The position numbers and the translations under genes were made by a program. A stretch of DNA of 64,000 nucleotides from positions 3,224,001-3,288,000 of the forward strand of contig JAYWIR010000001.1 in the NCBI GenBank assembly GCA_036172245.1, read 5' to 3'. Every line of letters starts with the position of its first letter. The first letter of the stretch is position 1. The notes under the pieces are model-generated. The model was not told the origin of the DNA. It did no database searches and worked only from the letters and a program-made list of their open reading frames with translations. The DNA is from Raillietiella orientalis. Taxonomy: Eukaryota. Below, one piece after another: positions 37,401 through 51,500 of this stretch.

Positions 37401-40400
37401 AGGTTTCTCGCTCGCAGACGGGCGCTCGTCCCTCAAGTGGCACGGATGGGATGGTGCTGCCAGTCCGTGGGACCATGGGGCAAGCCACGCCTCCTTCCCT
37501 TCCGCGAGGGTGTGTCGTTCCTCACCTCCCTCAGAGAGACGCGCGCGCGCTCGACCTGCAGCCTCCGGTGCCTGATCGAATCCCCGACGGGACGAGGGCG
37601 CCGGTAGGCCCTCCCTCGAAACCGAAGCGGCGCCTCCGCCCATCTTCCCGGGCAATCTGGGTCCAGGTACTGGCCCGGGCAGGCGTTCCTTCGGCAGCGG
37701 GACAGCTTCCTCTCTGTCCCTGGAACGCCAACGGCGGAACGGAGAGCCAGAAGCTGCCGGGCGACGGTGGCGCAGCCATCCAGTCGAGTCGCACCCACAT
37801 ACTTCCTCCAACTACCCGTCTGCCGCCGAGGGAGGAACGCCGCCCGACTCTTGGTGCGCACCGGTCGCCTCCCTCGCCGCCGTCGTTGGTGCCTTGGCGC
37901 AAACGGTGGGGGCGATGCCACGCGGAGGAGGAGAGCGGCGCGCGAAACTTGCTGTCTCGCACCGGGAGAGGTCCGCCATCCCCCCGTTTCCTTCCCCCCC
38001 CCTCCTCCCTACCTCCCTTCTGCAGCGCCGCAGCCATACTCCCCCCGCGAATCCGGCCCCGTGGCTGCCGCATCCCCAATGCGACGCGCTGACCCTTGTC
38101 CGCCAATGCGTTGGCTCCCCCGACCCCATGCAAGTCATCGCACGGGACGCTTCGGGGTTCGCTGAGCACCTCCTGCCGCACGAGGAGGCGCCTACAAGAC
38201 GGCCTGCCGTAGTGTCTTCCGTCTGCCGGGAGGCGCGTACAGAAGGACCAGCATCCAGGTCTGAGCAACGGAGTCTCTTCCTAAGCGCGCCAGGGAACGC
38301 AGCCTCCGGATCCATCACCGAGCGCTGAAGAAGCTGCCTCCTTCTCCGATCCGCGAGCCACAGCACCATGACCTCAGCATCCGAATCGCTCGGCCGATCG
38401 TACCGACTGCCGACCAGCCAGCCGAGGGACTTCCCTCCAGATGCATCCCTCCTCCCCCCCCTTCGAGAGAATTCGCTGTCGTGGGTGAGCGCGTGGACTC
38501 GGGACGCGGCGCCCCCCACTCGAGGTCCCCGCGAACGAGGCACTCTTGCAGAGGACGCCTCGGGTTCCCGTCTGCAGGGTCGGAGGCGCATACCCTGATT
38601 GCGAAGGGATGCTTAGCGTCGAGCGGACCCATCCCGCGGAAGTCCACCTGTCCTCCTTTTCGTTGCCAAGACGACTTCCGTCTGGCGTTCCGCAGGGAAG
38701 CTGCGGAGGCAGCCGCGCTCGCTCCGCATGTGCTCATCCCAGAGCGATCATGTCCCCCCCTTCCAAGAGGGAGGAACGCCGGGTGCACCCCTGAGGCGTT
38801 TTGGCCGCCCCTTTTCGTTCCGTGGCTCGGTCGGCTGACAGGTGGCCGGTGGCCCGCGGAAGCGCTCCGAACAGGATGCGGTCTGTCCGTCGGAAAAGGT
38901 CGCCTGGGAGACACGGCTTCCTTGAGCAGCGTCTCGCGGTCCATCCTTCCGGAAGCGGAGTGGAAGAGGTGGAACCGTTGCTGCGTGCGCGCGCCTTTGA
39001 GCTGCCGCACTGAACGCACGCCCAGCGGCGGAACGAGCAGTGGCTGCCCGCCGCCGCGCATGCACGAAGAGCCGGCCGCGCTCATCGGAAGACGACGGAC
39101 ACCTCTGGCTCGCCTGCAAGTGCGGATGTGGTGCTCGCTCTCGAGATCCGCCTGCGAGCACCACTTGGGTCATCCGCGCCTCCGGAACCGTCCTCCTTCC
39201 TCAAGCCAGGGGCGATTACTCGCCCGTGGCTCGACCAGGAGGAGGGGGAGACGATAAGGAAAGGGGAATCTCAGGAAGCGTTCAGGGTGCGGGTGCGACG
39301 AGGGGCCTTTCCCGGCTCACTCCCGGAAAAGAAATGGAGTTCGGGTAGTCGAGAATTCCCCCTACGTTCCCAAAGATCGCTCACGGGAGACTCGGAAGCC
39401 GCAGGGATCTCGCGTGGAGGAGACGGAAGCTCTTCTGCCGGGATGGGAACCGGGAAGAAAGCATCCCGGAACGCCTGGGGACGCACTGTGCGTGGCCTTG
39501 ACCCCCGCAGAGCCTTTCTCGGATGGGTCGGCTTCCCCCTCACGCGCTTCCGCGCACGCGTGTCGGAGCGTCCACGTTTTTCACCGCGCGCGCCGTCCGT
39601 GAGGATGTGGAGGGAGGTTGTCGCCGTCTTCCCCGAGGCGTCGGCGAGCTCTTGCAGGCGGACGCCTCCGAGGGGTCGCCCCCGACGAGGCGCTTCCGAC
39701 CTCTCCTTCTCCCTCGGCCGCCGCCTCCACCGACGTCCTCCTCTCGTCCACTCGCTGCGCCGGATCCCCCTCTCTCTCACCTCCACCCCTGCTGCTGGGT
39801 CCGCGAGATCCCCCGCGGCAGACTCCCCGACAAGGTCCATGCCCTTGCGCGTCACCGACAGGGGCAACCTCCCCGAGGCTGCTGGCTCCGAGTTGCGCAG
39901 AAACGTGGGAGACGGGATGGTGGCGATGGTGGAGGGTCGGGATAGCTCTTTCTCCCTGGTCGCCGCGGTCAGCGGAGCGAGGATGCCAGATGACCGTTGT
40001 CACGGCAGCAGCATTTCCGATGCGCGCGAGCCCCACCTCTCGCTCTCGCAGTCATCTGGATGGAACGCCACGCCCTCCAATCAGCAGCCGCTCCAGGAAC
40101 TCCTCGCCCGAAGGAAAGAAGCACCGCGGAGGTTTCCTAGGAGACCCGGAAGCAATACGACAAGAGCGATGCTCGCCCGTCAACCTCAGTTACCCTCCCT
40201 AGCGAGATGAGATCTGCTCGGAAGTTGTCGGGTGCGCAGGATGAGGGAAGAACTCCCGGTGACGCTTTCAGGGAGATCAGTCCGTCCCCGCCCAGCCGAG
40301 GACGTGGACTGACCCCTTTCTCCTCCCCCTCCCCCCGAGGATGTGGGATCCTGGAGGCGGAGAGGAGCATGAGGAGGGACGTGCGCCCTCATCCGGTGCT

Positions 40401-42429
40401 CATCCCTTGGCGCCGGAAGGTGCGGTCCCCGCATGCCACCCGAGCGAGGGGACGCCACTGCTCGGGCAGCTCCGATGACCCGGCCGGAGCCACTCCCGGC
40501 AACTCCGAGGAATTCGTCTGCCCCCACACGAGTACCACCCACCATACCTTTCCCTCAAGTCTCTTTCCGACTCCCACGGAGCTCCGGGAACGATTTTCCT
40601 CTCTTTCTCACTTTCCTTTTCTCTTTCCAGGTTCCCGTTGTGGGTACGGGGAGCTCACAAGCCTCTCGCTCCCTCCCTACCCACCCCTTTCCCATCGCAT
40701 CTTGCGGACCCACTCCTCCTGGACGCATGAACCATTCCTGACAGATGCCAGGAGATTAGCTGCAAACGACCCTTCCCAATTCCCTCTCTCCGGGAGCTGT
40801 ACGCAAGGGCAAAGCGGGCAGGGGAGGGGAGAGGGTTAAGATAGAGGAACAGATTTCCATGACTTGACCTCGAAGATTACGATGACCGGAAGGTTCGGGA
40901 AGCTCCCTTTGGAGAACCATAGGGAGCACTAGCTGCTGCTGGGTGCAAGAGTTCACTTGCGCGTCCTTTGAGGTGGAAGGGAGGAAGGGAGGAGAGGTGA
41001 ACCCCTCTTGTGAGTGTATATAATCCTGTATGGGCGTGGACATCTGTGTGCGTCCATAGTGGCGTGTGAGCGTGTCTCCTAGGAAGAAGAATGGCGCAGA
41101 GGATTCATCTGTGAGGCTCGCTGGCGAGACCTGTGGTTCAGAAAGAAGAGTCTTCCAAGGCACTTCCGGACTTTGAACTTGAGAAGCAAAGTCCACATTC
41201 GTCCAGAATAGTATCTTTTGCGATTCCTCCGGAAGACGAGTCGTTCTTTATCGGTCTACTGACCTATTCTGCCCGCGACAGCTTCGTGCCAGACCCGAAG
41301 AGATGATGGTTAGCCGAAGTTAGAGCGAGGCTCCCTTCAAGGCCACAGCCTCCGTCCTTGCGCTAGGATGCCGCAGTGCATGATTCGTTCTTCCGTCGCA
41401 CTTGCGTAACAAACCTTACCAGATCAAACAGTCAGACGGATGATGACCTCCATCGTGCCTCACGCTTTGGCATTTGCAGATCGGGAACCCGGTAGCTCCC
41501 CTCAGAGATGCAGTATCAAAAGTCATACCGCGCTTGAACATCCTCAGGTGTGTGCGTGGCAAACATGAGTTTTGAAGAAATCTTCAAGCTTTCGAATCTC
41601 TATGCTGAAGAGGCACGGCGAAGAAAGTGGCTCATCCTGAGCAGTTGCTGTTTCCAGGAGAACCGTCCATTCTGGAAGAGCACCCGCGTTTTGGGTTCGT
41701 GATGGCTCGCTCCTATCCCATGCTAAACTGAGACATTTCCTGTGGGGGTACTGGCACCTCCGCGCTAACTCATCCGACGAATCTCAGCCTCCTGCCAAGG
41801 GAAGAAACCTCGCTTTCCGCAGGGTGTCTTAGACGTGTTGCTCCTGATGAAACGCAAGTTATCATCAATGTGCTGCCTACCCAGCTACCCAAACAGCTGG
41901 ACGCACTGCTTTTGTTATCTATGGTGAAATGCGTGAAAGTTTCTTGGGAACTAAAAATCTTCTCCTGTGGAACATCGGTAGACAGTTTGGCGACCTTGAA
42001 GGTCTATCATTTGCTCAACAGTTGGATCTTGGCTTTCCGCTGGCATGAAGAGCTTTCGCACAGGCCTTTGGTACTAAAACAGTCAAGAACTCTCATTCTG
42101 CAGATAAACTTCCCGAAATCTCGAGGTGGTGTTCGTCTGTTCAGTCTGCATCTCCTATTCACTTTTTGAAAGAATGGACCACTTACGGAAGCCACTTTTT
42201 ATGCCTTGATGTTGTGGCTGCCTGGACTCGTGGTAAACAAAACCCGATTGTTTGTTATCCTTAATGTGCCCTTTTCATTCTTTTAATAATAATAATTGTT
42301 ATTAAAAGACCAGTAGCGACCTCACAAGGAGATCGTTACCCTTGGCTTAGGATCATTGTCATTCAGTTATGCCAGGACATTGATAATGTAGAGTAGCATA
42401 ACTACATTTGTATGGTAGAACCGTTGTTT

Positions 42430-43290
42430 CTACCACATGCAATGAACCTGCCAAAGAGCAACACTCACACCGGAGAGTTCCGCTTCGGCAACTTGGGAAA
42501 TAGGAAAACAAACAAAAAATGAACACGAAAAACAGGGGAGAGCAAATTGTACCCGGAGAGGGGAGGAAGGCGAGGATGGGATCACAGTACGCTGCCAGGC
42601 GTCCTCTGCATCCTGTTCAGGATGCTGGCCAGTTCCATCCGTGTCGCACCCAGGAGGGGACATATTGAGCCGGTTTTCCGGAAGATCCGCACCCAGTGGA
42701 TGATGTCCCTGCCATTTCGGTCTCTTCTGACGTTCTAGGCCACCGTGATTCCCGAGAACACAGCAGGGAAAAGTGTTAGGGATGCAGCTGGCAGCAGAGG
42801 CGGGACGCGCGAAGAGGCCTTTGAAAATGTCCCTGGGGCCGCCCTCCGGGGTTCCTAGGATCGTCGCAAGGCGATCCCAAAGGGATCGGAGGACAGCACA
42901 GTCCAACAGCAGGTGCTGAAGGGTCTCCTTCTTCCCGCACCTGTCGCACTTAGCATCCACGCTCCTCCCGTGTCCAGTGGGGGGAGAAGGCGCGCTTTGC
43001 ACGGGATTTCCTCCATGCAGCAGCCAACTCCTGCCATTTGAGGGGGAGCACTCCGCTGCTGCAGCACGATGGGGACTACTTCACCTTCTCCGGAGGGATG
43101 TCGAGCAGATCACCCCAGCGTGCAGGTCCTTGGGGTGGGACACTCGGAGTCGCAGCGTCGGTCACTTCCCGAGTTGTCCACGACCCCAGAAGTTTCTTCT
43201 TTGCTGCTATGCGGCAAGTCACTTCTCACCTTGCTGGGATTACGCTGTCCCTTGCGTCCCTTAGGGAGGGTAGCTCTGGGGCAAGGAGAG
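42430..43290 (-). mobile_element. LINE (L1/Tx1-like) ORF2 C-terminus and 3'UTR relic
   Basis: KCDRCGKKETLQHLLLDCAVLRSLW zinc-finger motif followed by a T-rich UTR. Confidence 0.7.
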
Positions 43291-43294
43291 GGGA

Positions 43295-43630
43295 CCTTGG
43301 ATGATAGAATTCCTTTTATGTTATTCTGCTTTCTCTGCTTTTCTTCCAACTTTTTTTCGATTCTCAAGGAGTACTGAAGAACCATTTGCCTCCTTAGGGG
43401 GGCTCTTGGACTCGCGGAGCTCCTTAAGCACTATCCACGCCACTCGAGGATGCTTGTGACTCTTCAAGTTATAGGAGGTAACCCCAGAGGGACCACTCTA
43501 TGAGTCCAGGAAGGCTTCGGAGGAAGGAGTCTGTCTTTCTTACGCTTGGTATGGGAGCCCCGAAGGGAATTACTTACTTATTCTTTCCAGAGGGACCTCC
43601 CGGAGGGGGCAACCCTCATTTCCTCTCCGG
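43295..43630 (-). mobile_element. tRNA-derived SINE family, copy F (3' half only)
   Basis: Reverse complement: cccttcgggg, ccaagcgtaagaaagacagactccttcctccg, ataacttgaagagtcacaagcatcctcgagtggcgtgga, ggttcttcagtactccttgagaa. Confidence 0.72.
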
Positions 43631-44699
43631 ACCAAGATTGGAAGATGTATTCATTTTGTGACAGGAGAGCCTAAATGTCGATGTGGCTCCATTGATTGCA
43701 TTTTGGTCTTTTCTTCTCACTCTTTTTTTTTTTTTTATGTTCTTTCGAAGCAGCACCAAATGGGCGCCTCGAAACTGAGTCGTTAAACCTGTTGTTTGGT
43801 ACTAAAAGCTCTGAAGAACATGGTTTGGATTTTACTGCTTCCTAGCCGGTGATGGCTAATTTTAGCCTCGAATGTTTCCTTCTTGCTATATTTTTGGCAC
43901 AGATAGTAAACAATGGACCGAAAGTGCTCCTCTTCTTCTCTTACTATTGAACGGAGAGATTTCCATCCCCTCGTCTCGTCGGGTCCTGTTTTGAATTCTG
44001 CATATCTCGAAGCATTTTCCGTTCTCCACTTCTCCCCTGAATTACAAACATGGGTTTCAAGAAGCAGAGTGCAAAGACCTCCATCCATTGGTGTGGCATC
44101 CGCGAACTGCAGATTGCTCACTTTCCTTCGTGCACAACACATCTGCTCTTCTCACCGCACCAGCAATGCATCCTCCCTTGTCACTCCATCTTGGGGACGC
44201 AGAATCAGCGTTGTATCCTCAAGGTTGCTTATCCGAGATTAATAGTTCCTCATCATTTCTTGATAAAGTCTTTTGTATCCATTCTCTTGGACCCATGAGA
44301 ATCTTATGGTCCACGAGAAGACCCTCAGCCGAAGTCCTTACCTTTGCTGTCAAGAAAGCATTCCAGGTCTCAGAACACTGAACCATGGACGTCCACTTGG
44401 AAAATCAAATCCCCTTTCGGCCTTTTGGCTAGGATCAAAGTATGGTGCTTCACTTGTGCCGCCTGCGCAACCGGGTCACAGCCCTCCCTATGTTCCAGAG
44501 CATCTTGCAGCGGAGTCGACAACACTGGACCGCGCGCGCTGAGAAACAGGCCTTGTAAGATGACAACCTTAGCTGGTACGAGGACGCAGTTGGTGATCAC
44601 CACCCTGAAGAATTCGACCCATCACTAGTGAACCCCCTCGAAATGTCAGAACCTCCACAACCCTTGCCTCCCCCTGTTTGCCTTCCGCGGTCCCCTGAA

Positions 44700-46860
44700 A
44701 ACGGAGGAGCTGCGTGAAATAGCGGAGTCCCCACCCCAGCTTCTTCAAAGGCATCTTCTCAAGCGTTACATCTGGTACGCCCCCCAGGATCAAAGGACGA
44801 AAGTATTCCATGACGATGAGTGACGTCCCGTCAAAAGAGATCCAGCATCCTGGAGCATTCAACCCGTGAATGATGCTATGGATACCGTCGTGAATCGACA
44901 GTATCAGTCTTGTGTACGAGCTCCCTCCAAAGGGGAACGCTGTATCTTTTAAAGTAATAAAGACTTTACAGTGGAATGGAAGTTGCGGTGAGCAACGCAC
45001 AGAGAGAAGGTTCATGGCTAAAAATGATCAGAGGACAGAATCATACATCCATCTTCAACATTCTTCTGAAGAAGAGGAAAAGTATATCATCTTGGAAGTG
45101 CACCAGAAAGATTTTATTACCGAAATGTCCGGCAGCTTCCCCAAACATGGCAGTTTGGAGACCAATTTCAATTGGGCAACAGTGTCTATAGGTTCTATGC
45201 CAAGTATCTGTCAACGCGCCACAGGGATTGGATCCTTGAGAACGTCATCTGCCCGCAGCATCTGATGGGGTTCTCGATCATAACTTCGTGCTGCAGGTGA
45301 AACTGGATCAGACAAGACCACAAAGACAATTCCAGATCTTGGAATCGTCTTTGTGGACTTGGTCAATGCCTTTGGCACATCTGTCATGAAATACTTCTGA
45401 GAACACTAACGGAAGCCCGAGTAGGGGATCCGTTCATGGAGCTAGTGAAGAAGTTGTGCTCCAAGGGCCCACATACATCCAGCTGAAGTCTGCGGTCACT
45501 AGGTCTTTCCTCCCCCAGCGTTGAGTATAGCAACATTGCCCAATGAGTTCCATGCTGTTCATGGTTGCCATGGAACCACTCCTGCGAGTAATGCGGAAGA
45601 GTTGAGGAGAAAAGAATCTCTTGGGCGTACGCTGACGACTTGGTCATTTTAGCGTAAACGGAAGATGATCTGAAACTCAGACTAAACCATTTTGAAGATC
45701 ATGCGTCTCGCTATGGTTTGTTTATCATCAACCCCTCCAAGTGTGCCGGCTTATTCTACTCCGGGAATACTCGTGAACTAAGAAACGTCTGTCTGGAGGT
45801 TGGCAACATATCGATTCCAAACATCTCGGCATCTGAGGCATACAGATACTTGGGAAATCCGTTTGGAATTGAAGTCTTCAGTGCCGCACCGTCAAAGGTT
45901 TCAGAAGGCCCAAATTCTTCTGACAACTGGATCTTCTTGCTGGCAGAAATCGGATGCCTTGAAAACTTTCCTTTTTCCTAGCCCTGTCCATTTTCAGAGA
46001 CCACGAACGCATCCAAAAGGAGACTGAAAATACATCTACAGGGAGATTAGAAGGATGATGAAGATTGTGCTGCATCTTCCTGTTAGAGCTGCCAGCCGCT
46101 ATCTCTACGGAGATGGGAAGACGGGATCTCTGACGCTGAAGAGGCTGTTTGATGAAGCTACACACTGACTTTCATCATCGATAGCTGCTTCAAGATCTTA
46201 ACATTTTCCGATGTCACCGTCAAGGACCTGCAAAGCAGTCACTCCGAGAAGTAGTAAGATTATCTTCAGAGCTCTACTTAAGAAGGTACTGCAACCATCT
46301 TCGGGTGATGATCTTGGAGGATTCCTATCTGGAGACGCTGCAGGCAAATTCTCCCGGATCAGTGGAGACATAAAAAGCATGTGGACTATGGACCCCATCG
46401 CATGCCGGCAACCTGGAGCCTCGAAGATGGAGGAACCAGGATTCAAGTTGGAGACCTAACGTTATATGCAGCAATGAGGAAGTTCACTGCAGCGGTGCGG
46501 AACGCACTTCCTCGTGGCTGGCACTGATCATCGAGCATCCAGATCAAGGAAAGGCCATGCACAGGACACAGGACACCATGCACACGATGCACAGGACTTC
46601 ATCGTTCATCCAGGACAACTGGAGAGCATCTTCGCTTCGCCGACTTCCGTTTCATCCATGGGACAAAATAGAACCTGCTGCCGATTCGGGGCGTGGCAAG
46701 GAGACCCCAAGGAGAAAGATCATGCCGTCGTTGTGCAGCTTGGCATGAGACTCTGCCTCACATTTTGAATCCCTGCATGAGGCACTCTCTCCTACAGCAC
46801 AGTTAAGCATGGTGCCATCGTCCAGAGGCTATCGGCAGCGGCAAAGGATACCTCGTTGAA
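44700..46860 (+). mobile_element. Decayed R2-superfamily (restriction-like endonuclease) non-LTR retrotransposon
   Basis: WRPISIG (~45156), FVDLVNAFG (~45350), YADDLVIL (~45628), YRYLG, then CAAWHETLPHILNPC and KHGAIVQRL (cf. CCHC knuckle + RHNxI..RL); many frameshifts. Confidence 0.78.
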
Positions 46861-47479
46861 AGATTCCGCGATCCTTCATTTATCTTTGCCATTATGAATC
46901 GCGCATGGCACTTGGCGTCACGTTAAAAACGAATCCTTTTGTCAGTCCGTCACATCCGAAAGTGGTTTTTGCTCTCTCCCTCTCAATTTTTTTTTTTTTT
47001 AGCATTTCTTATTGACGTATTGGCCAAGTATAAGCTTAAAAAAAGTGCATCGTCTATCTCTTCCTCTTTTCCTTCCGTCTGGAGCCGCTTTTTTCAAGAC
47101 CATGTTTACAGCTCCATTCAAGGATTCCCGTCTAACGAATTCCAGAAGATTTAAACAGGTCGAGGAACCATTTGGCTCTTCTGTCAAACTCTGAAGAGGG
47201 GCATCTGAGGCAGTTTCTCTGCTGCTACGAGCCGTCTTTGCGCTCTTTTCTTTGGCACCACTTACAAGGGAAGAGCAAAAACGGTCCGAGGAGCTCCTCA
47301 GGCAGCAAAGTTGCACGTCTTCGTGCTAAAAAATGTGTCACCTCAACTACTAAAAGCTCGAGACATCATCGCTCGAATGATTTGTGGCCCTGCAGGAAAA
47401 GGGCCTGACTTTTCCGTCTGCCTGTCTCTGCCCTTCTCGTTTTCGGTGGCAAAAAATTTTGATTGGAATTTTCTGAAGC

Positions 47480-48540
47480 CAACACATGTTTATTACGCAT
47501 AGTAATACATAAATTTATATAGAGACCAATGTATGGATTAATATATATTATAAGGATTATAAAAATATATGCATGTTCATTACATATAAATATACGTTAA
47601 AATACACAAATGCATGTTAACATACATATTTATCGACATTTATCAACAAACATGCATTATTAATATGATTGATAGTGTGTATATTAAGGATTATAAAAAT
47701 AAATACAGATGTTTATTATGTACATGAATGCAGATTTACATTTATAATAAGTATGTATTGAATGAATACATACATATCGAATTTTCTGAAATAAAAGACA
47801 GTGAAAAAAAATGAAAAAGCAAAGAAATTAAAAAAGCCAAATAAGAAATTTTTGTGTATCACTTTCCCACCAATTTCCAACACTCAATAAATGAAATTTT
47901 CTCAGCAAATGATAAATGCCTATGTATCTATTCTATTCTATTTATATTATCCATCTTTAGATAACTATATTTGTTTAGAATTCGATGCTTATATGTTCAT
48001 ATCAGATATATTTACTATGCGCATAAATACACTTTGATATATGTAATAAGCATGCAAATGTATTTTTATAATCTTCAGTGTATATATGAATAATATACAT
48101 TGACACATCATATGATTTGTGTTAATCAATACGGATATTAGAATAAATTTGCATATTAATCTACATACGAATATAGATATTAATGCGTACAATAAGCATA
48201 TACATTCATTTTTTATAATCTTTATAGTATATATTAATCTATATACAAATATGCATATGAATACACAATAAAAATATTTAATTATATTAACAATATGCAT
48301 GTCAGTAAATATTGATACATACATTTGTTAAAATAATGTTACTATTCATAATATCCATGTTAATAAACGTTAATAATATGTCTGTTGAAATAAATATGCA
48401 TATTAATCCATGGACAAATATATGCACACTAAGATACATAACATGCATATATGTCTATTTTTTATAATCTTTATAATATATATTAATCTATATGTAAATA
48501 TTTATATTGATATATATAGGATGAACATGTATTAATTTTT
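47480..48540. repeat. AT-rich dispersed repeat, two oppositely oriented pieces (+ ~47480-47780; - ~47860-48540)
   Basis: ggattaatatatattataaggattataaaaa on + versus tttttataatctttataatatatattaatct further right; same motifs as 13572-14580. Confidence 0.6.
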
Positions 48541-51500
48541 TGTAGTCTTTCGAGATTTTGATCGGCACCAAATCGATTCGGTTTGATGTACAGTGTGCAC
48601 AAAAATCTCTTGATAAATGGAATGGTAGCGAATTCACACATGTGGACAATTTTCGAGGGGTACAGAAGCAGTGCAGCCACAGAAATAAATGAGGCCGGTG
48701 GATGAGTGGAGTGGACGTCATCTAAAAGGGGCAAAATCATGGAGAGCTCCGGCGAGCATGCAGCTCCCAGGCAAGAAAGAGGGCACGAGCAGACCTTTCA
48801 GCATTCGTACTTCTTGTGAACGAGATGCACGGTTGCAGTTCATGCAAGATGTACAGGAAGAGACAAAAGTACGATCAGCAGGGTTGCCAATGAAAGAAAT
48901 CGACTTTTTTTAACCAGCCTTTTTTTTCCCCCTCTTCTTCGGAAGGGGAAAGGGTACGATGTAACCTTGATACACAGAGTTCACACAGAATTGGAAAGCA
49001 CTCGGTGTAGTTGTTTTCGATAGCGAATGGCTCCATCCAGATGGAAAATTGGTATTCCGTTGGCTTAAGAATCTGCCATCATCGAGTTACTCTTCAGCAT
49101 ACTGATGCATGCACAAGGGCTTCATTTAGACCCAAGAAGCGTTTTCTGGGCTTTTTGCTCATGAGGAAGTTATTTGAGTACCTTTATGTTGTAATGTAAG
49201 GGAAAACATGTCCCCACAAGCTCCATACCGAATGCTTTTCTTCCTGTCTCGCGCCCGGAGCTCCGTTTCAGTTTTTTCCCCGACAGCGTGGAGCCGTTCT
49301 GCACTTGTCACGATATTTCTGTGATTCCCAGATTCGAAGAATGTTAACCTCCAGTTCTACTGAAAGTAGAAGCACTTAAAAGAGTACTCGAAACCGAGAT
49401 ATCTGATGCTAAATATTTTTCCTGACTGTGAAGCAGCTATTTCACAGGATATACGGAGTTTCACCGAAACTGCCTGTAGAAGCACGTCTGCCTTAATCCC
49501 GTTGGTTACTCATTATTTCTGGTGCTCTCCACGCTATCGGGAAAGGTAGAAGAGTGAGTACTTTATGTCCTCGAAGCTGAATAGGTTCGTCTTTCGATTC
49601 ATTCTGAAAATTCTTCATGACATCAATGTCGGTCAACTTTGCACATAAAGCCATGAATATGGGAACTGTGAAATAGCCATAGCGAATAAACTGCCGCATG
49701 GATTTATCTTTCATCCCCTCTATCCTTCTGTAAAGTTTAATCAGAACGGTTTTCAATTTTGTCATTGCTTCCTCCTTTCTCCCTTTTTTTCCTGCTTAGC
49801 CCTCATCTTCAAGAACGCAGCGTAATGAGTTTAAATTTCCTATCAACTCGAAAGGCAGCTCTTCTCCTCATCCAAAACATCAGATGGTTTGATATAGCTT
49901 AACCCAAGGTGGAATAAGCTTCAAACTGTGCTTCAAGAATTTGAAAATGTCACCAGCTAGTGAGATGTCAGCGCGACTAGTTACACTTTTACACGATGGC
50001 ACTGGCTCGATGTTCTGGATTTTTAAACTGGGATGCTTCAAAGTTATAAATACGGCGAGCCGAATTTAAGCGCTCTGGTTTCCTATCGACTGACTTCAGG
50101 AACCACTTACTGATAGATCTAGCAATGCTGCCTCTGCCTTACAAGATCAAGATCATGCAAGCACATTTCTGTTATGGAAAAATACCGAGTACTCATAACA
50201 CGTAACGAGTGATTTCTCTGTACAGGAAGGATTCATTTTCTGGAGAATAACGGGGTCTGTCTCTATTGCCTGTATTTTCGTCTTTGCAAAGATCCTTTTT
50301 AGCTTTAGTCAGCCGGTAGATCTTTATATGGCTTTAATTAATGATAGCTGTGGATATGCTGTGAAGAGTATCCTCGCAAAAAATCTGATTCCTGATGACC
50401 TGGAGGGTCAAAATCTTTGGCTTCTATGAGTGCTTTCTTGTTTCAAAACAGCTATGCCATCCTTCACTATTTGATCAACACCGACAATCATAACAACGTA
50501 TCAAGGATTGGTGTGACAAGAAGTCTTTAGTAAAAAGAAAAAAAAAATGCTTGAATAGTTGAGTAGTACAAACTTTCTTAAACTTGCCCTGCCTTAGAAG
50601 ATTGCTGGCATTCCTTTCTGCAGCTCTACAAACAGAAATCTTGTATTTTATATGAACGATGGTGAATAACACCGAGGAATACAATTGAAGCATTGTCTCC
50701 AAACCTAGACAACTTCAGGTCATTGCAACGCACATTCATTTCCTTTCTGAAGAGCCACTGACTCCAAGTTTAGTATGCATTCTTTTTCGTTTTTCTTGCT
50801 ACAAATAGGATCAAACATTGCATGTTAATTATAATATATAGTATACGACAGATATGTAGAAAAAATAGCATCTAATCTTAAACGAAAGCCATGTGAACTC
50901 ATCAAGTATACTTTCGAAGTGAACTAGAAATCACTAGACCGGGTAAATACATGGCAAGCATGATTTGTCACTATTCCTTTTTCTGGCTCCCTCTCTGGAG
51001 GCTGGCGCCAATGCCACACAACTCAACACGTCTTCCATCTCGCCTTGGCATAGAGAGTAATTGACTCCAGCGAAGCTCCCCAAATTCTGATGATGGACAT
51101 TGCAAGATTTATGCAACTCACAAAGGATCGCCTTTCTAGACGAAAACTTGAACACAGAACTGTTCAGAATTTCCGTGAAAACTAACATTAATCCTCCGTT
51201 ATAGAGATAGTATTATGATGTATTTTTTTTTCTAGATATATTGCTTTATTGAGTTATCTTTATTTTCCGTATACATTTTGAATCCATTACTCTCCACGTT
51301 TGTTTTCCTGAAGAAGCTTTGTCCTGCGAGTATGAACTCTTATGTCCGATAGAGCGGTTTAGAGTTAAAGAGAATCGAATTGCAAAACCAGTGAAAATGA
51401 AATCTCAATCGGTAACCCATGTTTCTCTTTGAATTATATAAATTCAAAGAGGCGCTGTATAAAGGCGCTGCATTTTTATTTTTATTTTTTCCAGAAAATC

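Noticed and set aside
36851..40839. Long overlapping ORFs (up to 413 aa) on both strands
   Set aside because: Pro/Arg/Ser/Gly-rich translations in several frames with no recognisable domain; expected from stop scarcity in high-GC DNA.
41200..42200. Possible DNA transposon relic
   Set aside because: Only a lone CxxH-like string; insufficient evidence.
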